Shown here one piece after another: positions 62,622-64,000 of a stretch of DNA of 64,000 bases. The notes beneath the pieces were generated by a model. That model was not told the origin of the DNA, ran no database searches, and was given only the letters and a program-made list of their open reading frames with translations. The translations under genes and the position numbers were made by a program. Source of the stretch: an uncultured Bacteroidales bacterium (GTDB taxonomy: Bacteria; Bacteroidota; Bacteroidia; Bacteroidales; FEN-979); assembly GCA_903925275.1 (NCBI GenBank), contig CAIYES010000317.1, positions 89-64,088 of the forward strand, written 5' to 3'. Position 1 is the stretch's first letter, and each line of letters starts with the position of its first letter.

Positions 62622-64000
62622 ATGAAAGGAGCGATTCGAAATACTTCGCAATTTATTCTTCCACCTGTAAAACCGGTGAATGAAACAGCCGGTTACGACA
62701 TTTACCCTACCTTCCCGTTACAACAGGGATTGGTTTACCGGGGATTTGAATCATTTGCTGAGCAGGTCTCACTCCATACAACGGTTATTATTGATGGGTA
62801 TACAGGTGTTCTCTGGAAGGATCTTAGAACGCGGCTGGATAAATCCCTGCAAAATCAAGGCATCCAGGCAGCATGGGTGGATGTTTCATTGGCATTCAGG
62901 GCCCCGGAACAAGTCGAAGTTCTGGTTGAGCCATTCCTGGGCGGCGCTGACCCCCTTTTCGGAACCCGGACAAACCTTCTCCTCATCGACTTTTTCGATC
63001 CGGACAAGTTGAAAAACCTGGCGCCGGTGCATAGCAGCACACTGACAATCTTTTATGGAACCGGTGCCTTCTTGTCTGAAATTTCGGGGTTTAACATTTA
63101 CATCGACCTTCCCAAGAATGAAATCCAGTACAGGTCAAGAGCTGGCTGCATCACCAATCTCGCGTGCACTGAACCCGGCGACCCGAAAAAAATGTATAAA
63201 CGTTTCTATTTTGTAGACTGGATTGTACTGAACCGTCATAAAGGGAATTTTATTAACACAATCGGCATCTTCGCAGATCTGCAACGCCCGGATGACATCA
63301 CCTGGGCTTTCGGGGAGAGTATCCTGGCCACCCTTGATTCGATGGCAGTTAACTTTTTTCGCGTCCGGCCCTGGTTTGAACCCGGTGCCTGGGGAGGAAA
63401 CTGGATCAGGGAACACATCACCGGTCTATGCGATGATGTGCCAAACTATGCATGGTCTTTCGAACTCATCGTTCCGGAAAACGGGCTTCTGCTCGGAGGC
63501 ACGGATGCCATGATGGAAATCTCGTTCGACTGGCTAATGTATCGGGCAGCTTCCCAGGTGCTTGGAGAAAACTACAGGCAGTTCGGGAATGAATTCCCCA
63601 TCAGGTTCGATTTTCTTGACACTTTCAGCGGGGGAAATCTTTCGGTCCAGTGCCACCCAAAAAAGGAGTACATGAAAACTCAATTTGGGGAAGATTTCAC
63701 CCAGGAAGAAACCTACTATATTCTGGATTCTGAAGGTGACTCCGGGGTTTATCTTGGTTTTCAGGAAAATATTGATCCGGTGGAATTCAGAAATTCTCTG
63801 GAAATGAGTTTTCGCGATTCAGTGCCATTGGATATCGAAAAATATGTACAACGCCTTCCTTCAAAAAAGCATGATCTCTTTCTGATTCCACCCGGCACCA
63901 TCCATGGATCGGGAATCAATAATCTTGTGTTGGAAATCAGTTCAACACCATATATTTTCACCTTTAAACTTTACGATTGGCTTCGTCCGGATCTTGACGG
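62622..64000 (+). CDS. long-form class I mannose-6-phosphate isomerase-like (cupin) protein, 3' end beyond the window
   Basis: Not in the ORF track because there is no stop in the window. I translated the frame with codons starting at positions divisible by 3. It is open from the TAA at 62565..62567 and the first ATG is at 62622 (MKGAIRNTSQF...). Later it reads ...FGNEFPIRFDFLDTFSGGNLSVQCHPKKEY...ETYYIL...LFLIPPGTIHGSG..., the PMI type I zinc/cupin signature. The track ORF 62680..63012 is in another frame and is displaced by this call. Confidence 0.7.
   Translation, partial: MKGAIRNTSQFILPPVKPVNETAGYDIYPTFPLQQGLVYRGFESFAEQVSLHTTVIIDGYTGVLWKDLRTRLDKSLQNQGIQAAWVDVSLAFRAPEQVEVLVEPFLGGADPLFGTRTNLLLIDFFDPDKLKNLAPVHSSTLTIFYGTGAFLSEISGFNIYIDLPKNEIQYRSRAGCITNLACTEPGDPKKMYKRFYFVDWIVLNRHKGNFINTIGIFADLQRPDDITWAFGESILATLDSMAVNFFRVRPWFEPGAWGGNWIREHITGLCDDVPNYAWSFELIVPENGLLLGGTDAMMEISFDWLMYRAASQVLGENYRQFGNEFPIRFDFLDTFSGGNLSVQCHPKKEYMKTQFGEDFTQEETYYILDSEGDSGVYLGFQENIDPVEFRNSLEMSFRDSVPLDIEKYVQRLPSKKHDLFLIPPGTIHGSGINNLVLEISSTPYIFTFKLYDWLRPDLD

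Noticed and set aside
62680-63012. 110-aa plus-strand track ORF after the ROK kinase.
   Set aside because: A different plus-strand frame is open from 62568 to the window end. It encodes a PMI/cupin-type protein with clear motifs and displaces this ORF.

Overview
This is a chromosomal segment from a Bacteroidota bacterium. The assignment rests on GldJ, PorP/SprF, PorU, PorV, many type IX secretion (T9SS) C-terminal sorting domains and TAnnTTTG-type -7 boxes. I call 42 protein genes, including two truncated edge genes missing from the ORF track that I translated myself, and one tRNA-Gln(UUG).

Gene content:
- A run of three giant T9SS adhesin-like cargo genes, followed by a translationally coupled outer-membrane protein (5.4-20.0 kb).
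- hldD.
- A futalosine/menaquinone sub-cluster: MFS-mqnB-mqnD-PLP decarboxylase, with a separate MqnC/E-type radical SAM gene.
- Two secreted T9SS proteases.
- thiF-thiS, folC, anmK and murF.
- T9SS machinery: porP/sprF-gldJ divergent from porU-porU'-porV, plus a DUF5103 plug-like gene.
- ispF, rpsF-rpsR-rplI, a TrmH-family methyltransferase, a BamA/TamA-family protein, a glycosyltransferase, lgt, a DUF2723 protein, a ROK kinase and a long mannose-6-phosphate-isomerase-like gene.

I saw no rRNA, CRISPR array, transposase, integrase, phage or obvious defence genes.

The most unusual signals are:
1. At least a dozen short tandem-repeat arrays (units of 7, 8, 9, 14, 18 and 24 nt) sit on or across gene ends. 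They often supply the stop codon. Three unit families recur at distant loci, and two arrays lie in frame inside a conserved methyltransferase.
2. An Omp85-like barrel is fused to an HExxH region and PD40 propeller repeats, and overlaps the preceding T9SS cargo gene by ATGA.
3. Two diverged but apparently catalytically intact PorU sortase paralogues lie in tandem.
4. A C10 (streptopain-family) T9SS protein has both catalytic dyad residues substituted.
5. A FakA-like kinase module is fused to a DegV/FakB module.

All functional calls come from motif recognition by eye. No database search was run.
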